A stretch of 64,000 nucleotides of DNA from a bacterium (GTDB taxonomy: Bacteria; Verrucomicrobiota; Verrucomicrobiia; Limisphaerales; UBA8199): NCBI GenBank assembly GCA_021784555.1, contig JAJYHY010000002.1, positions 16,827 to 80,826 on the forward strand, given 5' to 3'. A program made the translations under genes and the position numbers. Shown here piece by piece: positions 38,198-47,889 of this stretch. Below the pieces are notes generated by a model. The model did not search any database and was not told the origin of the DNA. It saw nothing but the letters and a program-made list of their open reading frames with translations. Numbering within the stretch: the first letter of the stretch is position 1; every line of letters starts with the position of its first letter.

Positions 38198-39279
38198 TCA
38201 ATACTGGCCGTTGCGAATCTCGAAGTGGGTGGGCCGCTGGAGGTAGGCGCCTTTCCTGCTGACCCAATGCGCCGTCCAGCGAAGCACGGCCTCGAGGGAA
38301 GTGGGCGGCGGGCCGAGAACAGCGCATAGTTTGGAGGCATTGCTGAGCAACGCGGCCTCGCTCTCGTGGCCTGTAAACCTGGGGGAGCGCGAGAGCAGCT
38401 CCCCAAGACGTTCTGCGACGGCCCTGACCCGGAAAGGCGCCGGGCCGGTAAGGTTCCACGAAACGGCAGGTGAGGAGCTTAACGCCAGCGCGCGCAGAAT
38501 CATCTCATTGGCATCGCCCTGCCAGACGCAATTGAACCAGCCGTTGGAGAGATCGATGGGTTCCCCGGCCATAACTTTACGCGCGATATCAACCAGCACC
38601 CCGTACCGCAACTCGACGGCATAGTTGAGCCGCATCAAAGCTACCGGCGTTCCCTGGGCCATCGAGAAGTGTTGGAATATCCGCTCACGCGCCACAGCCG
38701 AATTGGCGTATTCGCCCAGCGGGGTTAGTGCGTTATCCTCGCGCGCTCCTCCGCTGGCGACAGGCACCGGGGGATATACGTTGCCGGTGGAGAGGGCAAC
38801 GAACCGGGCCTGCGAGTACCGCTCGGCGACCCTGGCGGGCACAATCGTATTGGTCGCCCATGTCGCGACCGGGTTCCTGGTGGTGCCGAATTTCAGACCC
38901 ACAAGGTAGAGCACCTCCTTTGCCTCAGGCAAGCCGCTGAGCGATTGCGCATTCAGCAGGTCGGCTTTGTAAGTGGCAACCCCGTTCACCTCCAGCCATC
39001 GGCGCGACTCTTCGTCCGAGAATCGGCTTACCGCTATCACCCCCAAACGGTGGTTGGCCTGGTCGGCGGCGCGTTTGGCCAGCACGCAAAGCGTCGGCCC
39101 CATCTTGCCGCCAGCCCCTACACGACCAGCGGACCCGACATCGTGCGGATGAAATCCACGAGCACCGGTCGGGGCCGAGTGAGAAACGCATCCAGTTCTG
39201 AGGTGTCGTCAATGGCCTCAGGCGGCTCAGGTGGCATGGCGGTCATATCAGGTAAGGCGGGCCCGCGCGGGGTTGACAT
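38198..39279 (-). pseudogene. NAD-dependent epimerase/dehydratase with a 1-nt frameshift near 39120
   Basis: ...GPLVV then TAG; the shifted frame gives GAGGKMGPTL; STGNVY and RLNYAVELRYG follow. Confidence 0.8.
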
Positions 39280-39680
39280 GCGGGTAGTCGCAGGCGTCGT
39301 TCTGATAGATGACCTGTCGCCGGTTGTAACGGCTCGTAACGTGATACATGGGTCTGGGATATTCAATCCGCACCTGACGCGGCGTGCATGGTCCGACTGT
39401 GCCAAGGAGGCCGGTGTGCCGTCAAGGCGGAAGCAGCATCGAAGAGCAGGAAATCCCACATTGATTACCGCCAAAATGTGAGTTATGCACGACGACACGA
39501 TTTTTTGCGGATAGACCTCACAGAAGCAAACAAAGGCAACAAAGAACGCGCGCCGTCATCGCGCTCCGTTGTCGAGGAATGCGCAATCAAATCTGTCGTC
39601 GTGTATAGTGGATTCGCCGATGGCGGTGCTGAGTGGTGATGGGCGCAAATACAGTGACGTGCCGACGGGGGCCGCTCCTC

Positions 39681-39720
39681 CGCAATCGCAAATCGCAAAT
39701 CTAAAACCGCAAATCGTGAA
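39681..39720. repeat. AATCGCA/AATCTAA heptamer array, solo copy
   Basis: cgcaatcgcaaatcgcaaatctaaaaccgcaaatcg. Confidence 0.75.
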
Positions 39721-39748
39721 TGCGTCACCGAACTTACGCCCTGGAGCA

Positions 39749-40228
39749 CTAAGCCCCTTCGGTATTCGGGGTGGCGTAGGCGCGGGCCTGGACTTCGAAG
39801 AAGCTATGAAGGAAGAGGGCATTATCGGCGACGGCCTTCTCGATGAGCTGCGGGAGCAGGAACAATTCGGAGCTGTTGATGACCGCGTGAACGCTCTGCT
39901 GGAAGGCCTGCATCGGAGTGAATGTCTGGAACGAGTCGCCAAGCAGGATGACGGTGGCTTGGCGGCGTTGGGACATGGGCATGGTTTGCAGCGCGCGCAG
40001 GGTGAGGTTCTCCGCCAACGTCGTGGCGGCGAACAGTTCCTCGACTATCACGACCTGGTAACGGACTTGGTTGAACCGGATGAGGAAATCGCCGTGGGTG
40101 GCGGCGGTGTGGACCTTAAACCCCAGCGTGTTGAGGGCGGTTTTGGCCGCCTCAAGCCATTCCGGGTTTGAAAAGGCAAGGAGGGCTGGCTTGTCGGTAG
40201 CGCTGATGAAATCGAAGTTTGTGGCCAT
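39749..40228 (-). CDS. Conserved hypothetical protein (receiver-like fold), third gene of the pilT operon
   Basis: Starts 4 bp after the PilT/PilU paralog stop; protein-like composition. Confidence 0.65.
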   Translation of the reverse strand: MATNFDFISATDKPALLAFSNPEWLEAAKTALNTLGFKVHTAATHGDFLIRFNQVRYQVVIVEELFAATTLAENLTLRALQTMPMSQRRQATVILLGDSFQTFTPMQAFQQSVHAVINSSELFLLPQLIEKAVADNALFLHSFFEVQARAYATPNTEGA

Positions 40229-40232
40229 AGGA

Positions 40233-41438
40233 TTACTTAAGGCGCAGCTTAATAGGGGAGACGGGAGATTCACCGTTGGGAGCCTCCTGGCGAACCTTCA
40301 TGCGGAGTGAATTCATGGTGGAAGTGTTCTCTCCTCGAGCCTTCTTGATCTGGTCGATACCGCGCATCACCGGGCCGCGCTTGGTGCAGTAAAGCACGGC
40401 GGTCTCCTCAGTGATGTTGCCGGCTTCGTAGGCCTCCAGCGCGGAGAAATCGAATGTGCGCCAGCCAAAAGCCTGGCTGGCTTCGGCGATTTCGTAAAAG
40501 CTTTTGCCCTCGCTTTCGCCCAGCCGGATGGACTCCTGCACGCGCAAGTTGCTGCCCATAATCTCCAGCAGGGCAAACCGCCCCCCGCCCACTTTTGGGA
40601 CCAGGCGCTGGCTGACGACCCAGCGCAACGTGTCGGCCAGGCGGGCACGCAACTGCTCCTGCTCCTCGGTTTCGAACATGCCCAGAATGCGATTGATGGT
40701 TTGGCCCGCGTCAATGGTGTGCAGGGTGCTCAGCACGAGGTGGCCGGTCTCGGCGGCGCTGAGCGCGATCTTCACGGTTTCGCGATCGCGCATCTCACCC
40801 ACCAGAATCACCTTGGGCGCCTGGCGCAGCGCGGCTCGTAGGCCGCTGGCGAAGTTGTCGAAGTCCGTGCCCAATTCGCGCTGGTTGAAGGTCGCTTTGT
40901 CATGGGTATGAACGAATTCGACGGGGTCCTCCAGCGTAATGATATGGACCGGCTTGGTATGGTTGATCATGTTCAGGACCGCCGCCAGCGTCGTGGATTT
41001 GCCCGAACCGGTCGCGCCGGTGACGAGCACCAAACCGGTCTGTTCGGCGGGAATCTGCTTGATGATCTCTGGAAACCCCAGCGTGTCCAACGTCGGGATA
41101 GCGGTATTGAGCTTGCGCGAGACGATGGAGTAACTGCCGCGCTGGGAAAAGACGTTGATACGGAACCGGGCGCGCTCTGCCAGCGTATAGGCGGTATCGC
41201 AGGAGCCGTGGCGCAGCAGGTCGGCGAGGTGCCACTGATTATCCCCGATGAGATTCAACGCGATCGTCTCCGTCTGAAAAGGGGTGAGCCTCTCGATGGG
41301 CGGGTCGCATTTGACGGGCTTGAGCTCTCCAAAGGATTCGACCTGAAGCGGTTTATCCACGGTAAAGATCAGGTCGGACACCTCGGGCTGGGAGTCCAGC
41401 ATGGTCGTCAGCAGATAGTCGAGTTCGGGCCGGCGCAT
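40233..41438 (-). CDS. PilT/PilU-family type IV pilus ATPase
   Basis: GATGSGKSTT, TLEDPVE, ALRQAPKVILVGEMRD, TGHLVLSTLH. Confidence 0.9.
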   Translation of the reverse strand: MRRPELDYLLTTMLDSQPEVSDLIFTVDKPLQVESFGELKPVKCDPPIERLTPFQTETIALNLIGDNQWHLADLLRHGSCDTAYTLAERARFRINVFSQRGSYSIVSRKLNTAIPTLDTLGFPEIIKQIPAEQTGLVLVTGATGSGKSTTLAAVLNMINHTKPVHIITLEDPVEFVHTHDKATFNQRELGTDFDNFASGLRAALRQAPKVILVGEMRDRETVKIALSAAETGHLVLSTLHTIDAGQTINRILGMFETEEQEQLRARLADTLRWVVSQRLVPKVGGGRFALLEIMGSNLRVQESIRLGESEGKSFYEIAEASQAFGWRTFDFSALEAYEAGNITEETAVLYCTKRGPVMRGIDQIKKARGENTSTMNSLRMKVRQEAPNGESPVSPIKLRLK

Positions 41439-41447
41439 AGGGATGAA

Positions 41448-42542
41448 CTAGGTCTCGTCCTCCTCGGGAGGGTGGGGCAGGAAGGGCTTGAATTTCTTCT
41501 TGTCGAGGGCCTTGTCATAGGCCTCTTCGGGAGCAATGCGTTTCATCCGCAAATGCTCCATAATGGCGTCGTCCAGCGGTTGGTTGCCCAACTTTTTGCC
41601 CACCTGGATCATGCCGGGGATCTGGTGAGTCTTGCCTTCGCGGACAAGGTTGGCGATGGCGGTGGTGAAGACGAGGATCTCCAGGGCGGCCACGCGGCCC
41701 TTCTTATCGATGCGTTTGAAGAGGTTTTGCGCCACCACGCCTTTGAGGGCCTCCGAAAGCGTAGCGCGAATCTTGTTTTGCTGGTCGGCGGGAAAGACGT
41801 CGATGATGCGGTCCACCGTTTTGGCGGCGCTTGGGGTGTGCAGGGTGCCAAAAACAAGATGGCCGGTGCTGGCGGCCACCAGCGCCAGTTCGATAGTCTC
41901 CAAATCGCGCAGTTCCCCTACCAGGATAATATCCGGGTCCTCGCGCAGAGCGCCGCGCAGAGCCGCGGCAAAGGATTTGGTATGCACACCCACTTCGCGA
42001 TGGTTGACCAGGCAGTTCTTGCTTTCATGGACGAACTCGATGGGGTCTTCAACCGTTATCACATGATCCTTCCGGTTCTTATTCGCGTAATCGACCATCG
42101 CCGCCAGCGTCGTCGATTTGCCTGACCCAGTCGGGCCGGTGACCACGACCAACCCGCGATGGAGCATGGCAAATTTCTTGAGCACGGGCGGCAGGGGCGC
42201 GTCGAACGTTTCAAAATCCTCAAACGACAGGACCTTGCTCGGGATCTGGCGGAACACGGCGGCGATGCCGTATTTCTGGTTGAAGAAATTGGCGCGAAAT
42301 CGCGACACCTTCGGGATTTCGTAACCGAAATCGACATCCCCCGTTTCCTCAAAGACCTTGATTTTGAATTCCGGGGCGATCTCGTAAAGCATCTTCTTGA
42401 GTTCGTCGTTGTCCATGGGAGGGTGCTCCACGCGCTGCAGCTCGCCGTTGATGCGCAACATCGGATTGTTGCCCGAAGAGAGGTGCAGGTCGGAGGCCTT
42501 CTGCTCGAACATCAGGTTAAAAAATGCGTCGATTTTCGCCAT
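41448..42542 (-). CDS. pilT: Type IV pilus retraction ATPase PilT
   Basis: ASDLHL, GPTGSGKSTT, EDPIEF, ALREDPDIILVGE, AIANLVRE. Confidence 0.92.
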   Translation of the reverse strand: MAKIDAFFNLMFEQKASDLHLSSGNNPMLRINGELQRVEHPPMDNDELKKMLYEIAPEFKIKVFEETGDVDFGYEIPKVSRFRANFFNQKYGIAAVFRQIPSKVLSFEDFETFDAPLPPVLKKFAMLHRGLVVVTGPTGSGKSTTLAAMVDYANKNRKDHVITVEDPIEFVHESKNCLVNHREVGVHTKSFAAALRGALREDPDIILVGELRDLETIELALVAASTGHLVFGTLHTPSAAKTVDRIIDVFPADQQNKIRATLSEALKGVVAQNLFKRIDKKGRVAALEILVFTTAIANLVREGKTHQIPGMIQVGKKLGNQPLDDAIMEHLRMKRIAPEEAYDKALDKKKFKPFLPHPPEEDET

Positions 42543-42595
42543 AGATACGCTATGCTTGGTGGTTTGTTAGCTAAATCCGCACCATCGACGCAGGA

Positions 42596-43810
42596 TTGAA
42601 CCATCTAAGACGCAAAATCGCCGACGAAATCGGCGCGCAAGGGGTTATCTCCTTCGCCCGGTTCATGGAGCTCGCCCTCTACTGTCCTGTTTATGGATAC
42701 TATGAGGCTCAGAAGGAGACGATTGGCCGGCGCGGCGATTATTACACCAGCGTCAGCGTCGGCAGCCTCTTTGGGGAACTGCTGGCCTCCCAATTCGCTC
42801 ATTGGCTGGACGAGGACAGGCCGCAGTTGGTCGAGGCGGGGGCGCACACGGGCTACTTGGCGCGGGATGTCCTGTGGTGGTTTCGAGAGCATCGCCCGGA
42901 CCTGTTCGAGCGCCTTGAATACTGGATTATTGAGCCGTCCACGCGGCGCCGGCGGTGGCAGGAGGACACACTCGCGGCATTTGCCGGACGCGTGCGCTGG
43001 GCGTCTGAAATCGGCGGAGTGGGACCGCCCTCCGCTTTTGGCGACCGGGGCAGAATACGGGGCGTCATCTTCTGCAATGAACTGCTCGACAGCTTTCCGG
43101 TCCGCCGGTTCGGTTGGGATGCGCAAGAGCGCACCACGTTTGAGTGGGGCGTGCGCCTGGAGGGCGCGGAATTCGCCTGGGCCAAAATGCCTGACTCCGA
43201 TTGCAGTTCGTCGGCGCCGACCCTCGGCCAGTCACCGGCCGTCGCTGGGGCCCGCTCCGATGAAGCGCAACAAGACCCATGCGCCCCGGAAGTTCCCGCT
43301 GACGTACTGGCGGTCTTGCCTGCCGACTATACCCTCGAGATCTGCCCTAAGGCCGTAGCCTGGTGGCGCCAGGCGGCGAGGGCGCTCTCACGCGGCCGGC
43401 TCCTGACCTTTGACTATGGCTTCAGCGTGATGGAAAGATTGACACCGGAAAGGCTGCGCGGGACATGCCGGGCGTACTATAAACACAGGCTCACCAACAA
43501 CCTCCTGGCCAATCCCGGCGAGCAGGACCTCACCGCCCACGTGGATTTTGACGTAATCCAGGCCGTTGGCGAGGAGGCGGGGCTGAAGACCGAGACCTTC
43601 GAAAGCCAGGCCCAATTCCTGACCCGAATCGCTTCCCGGATTTGGAGCGGTGAAACCAGTTTCGGCCAATGGACCCCGGCCAAGACACGCCAGTTTCAGA
43701 CATTGACCCACCCCAACCACCTGGGGGCTGCCTTCAGGGTCCTGGTGCAACAGACTGCCTCAATCAAAACAGCCGACATTGATGCATGGGCCGGCGGAAC
43801 GTCGGAGTGA
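42596..43810 (+). CDS. MidA/NDUFAF7-family SAM-dependent methyltransferase
   Basis: FARFMELALY, GDYYTS, CNELLDSFP, FDYG, GEQDLTAHVDF. Confidence 0.88.
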   Translation: MNHLRRKIADEIGAQGVISFARFMELALYCPVYGYYEAQKETIGRRGDYYTSVSVGSLFGELLASQFAHWLDEDRPQLVEAGAHTGYLARDVLWWFREHRPDLFERLEYWIIEPSTRRRRWQEDTLAAFAGRVRWASEIGGVGPPSAFGDRGRIRGVIFCNELLDSFPVRRFGWDAQERTTFEWGVRLEGAEFAWAKMPDSDCSSSAPTLGQSPAVAGARSDEAQQDPCAPEVPADVLAVLPADYTLEICPKAVAWWRQAARALSRGRLLTFDYGFSVMERLTPERLRGTCRAYYKHRLTNNLLANPGEQDLTAHVDFDVIQAVGEEAGLKTETFESQAQFLTRIASRIWSGETSFGQWTPAKTRQFQTLTHPNHLGAAFRVLVQQTASIKTADIDAWAGGTSE

Positions 43811-43894
43811 TGGAGTGATGGAAAACCCGACACTCCAACACTCCAACACTCCATCACTCCATCACTCCAACACTCCATCACTCCATCACTCCAT
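43804..43894. repeat. Octamer tandem array CACTCCA(A/T) x8 with inverted GGAGTGAT units, between convergent genes
   Basis: Eight consecutive units at 43831-43894; the upstream gene's TGA lies inside the repeat. Confidence 0.9.
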
Positions 43895-43907
43895 GGCTCC
43901 ATGCAGA

Positions 43908-44957
43908 TTATCCCAGCCAACGCGGATTATGCGCCGTAGCGTCGAAGTTGGCGGTCGTCTTGAACGGCTCGTATTGGCCGCCTTCACCCGCGTCGGCGGT
44001 CTTGGCCAGCAACGCATCCACCGCCGACTGGCTCAATGGCTTGAATGAACGTGCCGCCCCGATGGCCTGGCCCAGAAGCTCTTGACTGTCAATGCCTGTG
44101 ATAATCGTCGAAGCCGGCAGGTTGAGTGCATAGTGGAGGCACTCAACCGGTGTCACGGTGTGGCTGCGCAGGATGACACCGCTGCCCATGGATTTCATCC
44201 CGAGAACGCCGATGCCCTGCTCGACCAGGACCGGAACGACCTGGTGCTGAAAACTCCGGAAATGGGCGTCCATGACGTTGAGGGGCATCTGTACGGCATC
44301 GAAGCGGAAATCGTGAGCGGCGGCAACCTGCAACATACGCAGATGGACGAGCGGGTCCTTGTGCCCGGTAAAGCCGATAAACCGGACCTTGCCGGCCTTC
44401 TTAGCCTCCAGCATCGCTTCCATCCCGCCGCCCGGGGCGAAGATGCGGTCCGGGTCTTCCATCCGAATCACCTCGTGAAATTGCATCAGATCGACGTGGC
44501 CGGTTTGCAGGCGCTCCAGCGACTGTTCGATTTGCCGCGCGGCGGCGGATTTGGTGCGGCCATCGATCTTGGTCATAAGAAAGACCTTTTCACGGTAGCC
44601 GTCCCGTAGCGCTTTGCCCATCCGAATCTCGCTCCCCCCGTTATGGTAATCCCAGGAGTTGTCCATGAAAGTGATGCCGCGCTCGATGGCGTCTCGAATC
44701 AGGCGAATGCCTTCCTGCTCATCGCGCGGGTTGCCAATGTGGAAGCCTCCAAGGCCCAACGCGGAGATTTGTTCCCCCGTCCGGCCCAATGGCCGGCGGG
44801 GCACGCCCTCCCGCCGCTCGTCGGCCCAGCCCGTTCCGCCTGCGCCGAACACCAGCCCGGCCGCTATGGCGTTGCGCACAAATTCACGGCGGGTCACTCG
44901 GCTCGCGCCATTCCTCAGAGTCGAGTCCTCGTTGGTGGGGTCAAGGGTCAATGTCAT
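43908..44957 (-). CDS. Aldo/keto reductase with Tat signal
   Basis: TRREFV; LGRTG, DNSWDY, FLMTK, SLERLQT, RFIGFTGH. Confidence 0.88.
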   Translation of the reverse strand: MTLTLDPTNEDSTLRNGASRVTRREFVRNAIAAGLVFGAGGTGWADERREGVPRRPLGRTGEQISALGLGGFHIGNPRDEQEGIRLIRDAIERGITFMDNSWDYHNGGSEIRMGKALRDGYREKVFLMTKIDGRTKSAAARQIEQSLERLQTGHVDLMQFHEVIRMEDPDRIFAPGGGMEAMLEAKKAGKVRFIGFTGHKDPLVHLRMLQVAAAHDFRFDAVQMPLNVMDAHFRSFQHQVVPVLVEQGIGVLGMKSMGSGVILRSHTVTPVECLHYALNLPASTIITGIDSQELLGQAIGAARSFKPLSQSAVDALLAKTADAGEGGQYEPFKTTANFDATAHNPRWLG

Positions 44958-45042
44958 CCCATACCTTCGCGCTTCATTGCAACGTGTCAAGCCGGTGCAT
45001 TGCCTTCCCGGAACCCTCGTGCCTTGCCGATCTGCGCCCCGC

Positions 45043-45660
45043 TTAGGACCTTCCGCGGCCGCCTTCGCGCGAGCGATGCATTTGGCGCAAGGCCCGCCGC
45101 AGCGACTCGATTTCTTGTTCGTCGGTGTCCTTTTGTCTCTCGGCCAACTCAAGCGTCTCGAGGACCTCCTCCATGTCTTCGAGGGCCGCTCTTAAGGCGT
45201 CGATGATCCGGTTGGCCTCGTCGATGGCGTGCTGAACGGACGTGGCGGATGCCGGGCGCCGTTCGCGGTGTTCAGGCCGGCGCGTAACCGGCGCTCTGCG
45301 TTGGGCCTGAGGGAATGCGGCCGCGCGAGCGGGTTCAGGTTCCGCAAACTCCGGGGTTGCTGCACCAGCCGAACCGGGCTGACCTCCCTCGCTCGTTTCA
45401 ATGGCCTCCGCCTGGGACAATTCCGCCTCCTGTGCCTCAAGTTGCGCGGCGTCATCCTGACGCGCTTCCTGCGCGTCGGCCAACTCGTCCAGTGTGGGAG
45501 GAGGTGGCGGCCCAAGCTCCGGCCGACTCTCGGAACGGGATGCCCGTCGAACGCCTCCGCGACGACCGCGTCCGCCTCGACGCCGCCCCCGAGATGGGGC
45601 GGGGGATTCGGGCCGGTCGGGATTCTGGATACCGCTGTTAAGCTCTTCGTTGGGACCCAT
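45043..45660 (-). CDS. Hypothetical low-complexity protein with C-terminal coiled coil
   Basis: RGRRRGGRGRR stretch; LEDMEEVLETLELAERQK..DEQEIESLRRAL. Confidence 0.6.
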   Translation of the reverse strand: MGPNEELNSGIQNPDRPESPAPSRGRRRGGRGRRGGVRRASRSESRPELGPPPPPTLDELADAQEARQDDAAQLEAQEAELSQAEAIETSEGGQPGSAGAATPEFAEPEPARAAAFPQAQRRAPVTRRPEHRERRPASATSVQHAIDEANRIIDALRAALEDMEEVLETLELAERQKDTDEQEIESLRRALRQMHRSREGGRGRS

Positions 45661-45895
45661 GTCTCGATTCAAATTTGCGCCTCAAAAACGCCAAATGCAA
45701 TGGCAATCTGGGCGGCTATCCAAGCCGCCCCAGACCTCAACCGCTAATCCACGCTAATAAACGCTAATCAATGAAGGGGTCTTTTTCACGTCTCTCGTGC
45801 GGTGCCCCGGAACTTGACGCGACCACAGCGGGTTTCGCGATTCCAGGACGGTATTGTGGCGAGCAAATTAGGTGGACGCAAACTAAATGTTTTCG

Positions 45896-46026
45896 CGTAA
45901 CTGCTCAGGTGGTGATAGGAGCGCGGACGCCCTCGTCCGCGTCCCGTCTCCAGAAGGCTGCAGTCGCGGAAGAGGGCGTCCGCGCTCCTATCGCGTGCGT
46001 CTGCCAGCTTGACCTGGGCAGTTACG
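45896..46026. repeat. MITE/REP-doublet element, family A, copy 2
   Basis: CGTAACTGCTCAGGT...ACCTGGGCAGTTACG ends; same internal palindromes as copy 1. Confidence 0.82.
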
Positions 46027-46048
46027 TTTTCACAGAATAGGACCCAGT

Positions 46049-47518
46049 ATGAGCAAATACAGTGTGATATGGAGGAGGTTGGCGGCTCTGGGTTCGGTCC
46101 TTTTCCTGTGCCTTGGCCTTCCCGTCCTCCAGGCGCAAACCAACTCCAGGCATTCCCGTCCCCCGGCCCCTCGCCGCCCGAACATTCTCCTGATTCTGGC
46201 GGACAACTTGGGCTGCGGGGACCTGGGTTGCTATGGCCAGACAAAGATTCAAACGCCCAACATCGACAAACTGGCGAGCGAGGGCATGCGCTTCACCGGC
46301 TTTTACGCCGGTGCGCCCGCCGGGGCCCCCTCGCGTTGCGCCCTGATGAGCGGGCTGGACACCGGCCACACTCCCGTGCGCACAAAGACCAGTGCGACGC
46401 TCCCGTCAAGCTGCATGACAGTGGCGCTGATGTTGAAGCAGGGTGGGTATGCGACGGGGTTCATTGGGAAATGGGGCTTGGGCGCCCCGGGCACCAGCGG
46501 CAGTCCTCAGCGCCAAGGCTTTGAGGAAGTCGTAGGATACGTCGATCCAGCCCAAGCGGAAGATTATTATCCTTACAGTCTGAGCCGGTATGGTCCCCGA
46601 GTAACTGCCCACCAGGTCATCCTGGCGGGAAATGCCGGGGGCAGGCAAGGAGACTACGCTCCCAAACTTTTCACCATCGCCGCGCTCAATTTCCTGCGCA
46701 TTCATAAGCCGGACCAATTCAATCGCCATCAGTCCTTCTTCCTCTGCCTTGCCTATCCCATCCCGCACGCCAATCCGATGGTGGCCCGGAGCGGCGGCAA
46801 CGGGACGCAGGTCCCCGGCGATGGCCAATACTCCGACCGGGACTGGTCGCCCGCCCAGAAGGACAGGGCGGCCATGATTACCCGCTTGGACGGCTATGTC
46901 GGGCAGATCATGGCTCAACTCAAACGCCTCCAACTCGACGAGAACACCCTGGTCGTTTTCACCAGCGCTCGCGGCCCCGCCACAGACATCGGCGCGGACA
47001 TCAAGCTGTCCCAAAGCGCCGGACCCTTGCCGGGCGCCAATACCGATCTCTACGAAGGAGGCATTCGCGTGCCCTTCCTCGCGCGCTGGGCCGGCACTAT
47101 TGCCCCCGGCCAGGTCAACGATCAGCCCGCCGCGCTCTGGGACTTTCTTCCCACCGCGGACGACATCGCCCGGCTCAAACCGCCCAAGGGGATCGATGGC
47201 CTTTCGCTCCTGCCTGTCCTCTTGAGCCAGGCGCGGGCCGTCCACCATAAATTCCTCTATTGGGAGTCATTTGCCCACGGCTTTCAACAGGCGGTCCGCA
47301 TGGGCGACTGGAAAGCCCTCCGGCTCAAGCCGGGGCAACCCTTGGAACTGTTCAACCTGAAAAAAGACCCCGCCGAAAGGCACAACGTGGCCAAGCAAAA
47401 CCCCGGGGTGGTCAAAAGAATCGAGACGTACCTCAAAACCGCGCGAACCGAACCGGGACGCTGGACCGTCAAACCGGGGGAAGCCGTCGAGGGGGCGGAC
47501 AAACCGGGCGGGACTTAG
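46049..47518 (+). CDS. Sulfatase-family protein lacking the formylglycine Cys/Ser
   Basis: PNILLILADNLG, TPNIDKLA, GAPSR, GKWGLG, LYEGGIRVP. Confidence 0.82.
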   Translation: MSKYSVIWRRLAALGSVLFLCLGLPVLQAQTNSRHSRPPAPRRPNILLILADNLGCGDLGCYGQTKIQTPNIDKLASEGMRFTGFYAGAPAGAPSRCALMSGLDTGHTPVRTKTSATLPSSCMTVALMLKQGGYATGFIGKWGLGAPGTSGSPQRQGFEEVVGYVDPAQAEDYYPYSLSRYGPRVTAHQVILAGNAGGRQGDYAPKLFTIAALNFLRIHKPDQFNRHQSFFLCLAYPIPHANPMVARSGGNGTQVPGDGQYSDRDWSPAQKDRAAMITRLDGYVGQIMAQLKRLQLDENTLVVFTSARGPATDIGADIKLSQSAGPLPGANTDLYEGGIRVPFLARWAGTIAPGQVNDQPAALWDFLPTADDIARLKPPKGIDGLSLLPVLLSQARAVHHKFLYWESFAHGFQQAVRMGDWKALRLKPGQPLELFNLKKDPAERHNVAKQNPGVVKRIETYLKTARTEPGRWTVKPGEAVEGADKPGGT

Positions 47519-47525
47519 GTCAAAG

Positions 47526-47620
47526 CGTAACTGCCCAGGTAGCCGATAGGAGCGCGGAGGCCCTCGTCCGCGTCTCCGGGGCGACATAGTCGCGAACGAG
47601 GGCATCCGCGCTCCTATCGC
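47526..47620. repeat. MITE/REP-doublet element, family A, copy 3 (one end missing)
   Basis: CGTAACTGCCCAGGT..GATAGGAGCGCGGA...TCCGCGCTCCTATCGC. Confidence 0.75.
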
Positions 47621-47889
47621 ATGTGCCTCCTGCAACCGGATATGTTCTTTTCAGCACAGTCCGAGAAGCCGCGACAGTAAAATACGCGGCCGCGCATTTT
47701 ATTGTCGCGTCAAAAAGCACTGTCCCGCTCCAGGCATTCGCAATTCCACCGCCAATGAGAAATTCGGCTGGGGCCGTACCCGCGCCGCTTCCAACTGTGA
47801 TGGGAGTAGTCGCCAAGAAATTACTCTGCCATACATAGCAAAAAGGATTCTCGTCCAGGCGACGGACTGATTATGTTGCTTCGTCCTGT

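Noticed and set aside
43804-43894. Possible CRISPR array
   Set aside because: Contiguous 8-nt units with no unique spacers; no cas genes in the window.
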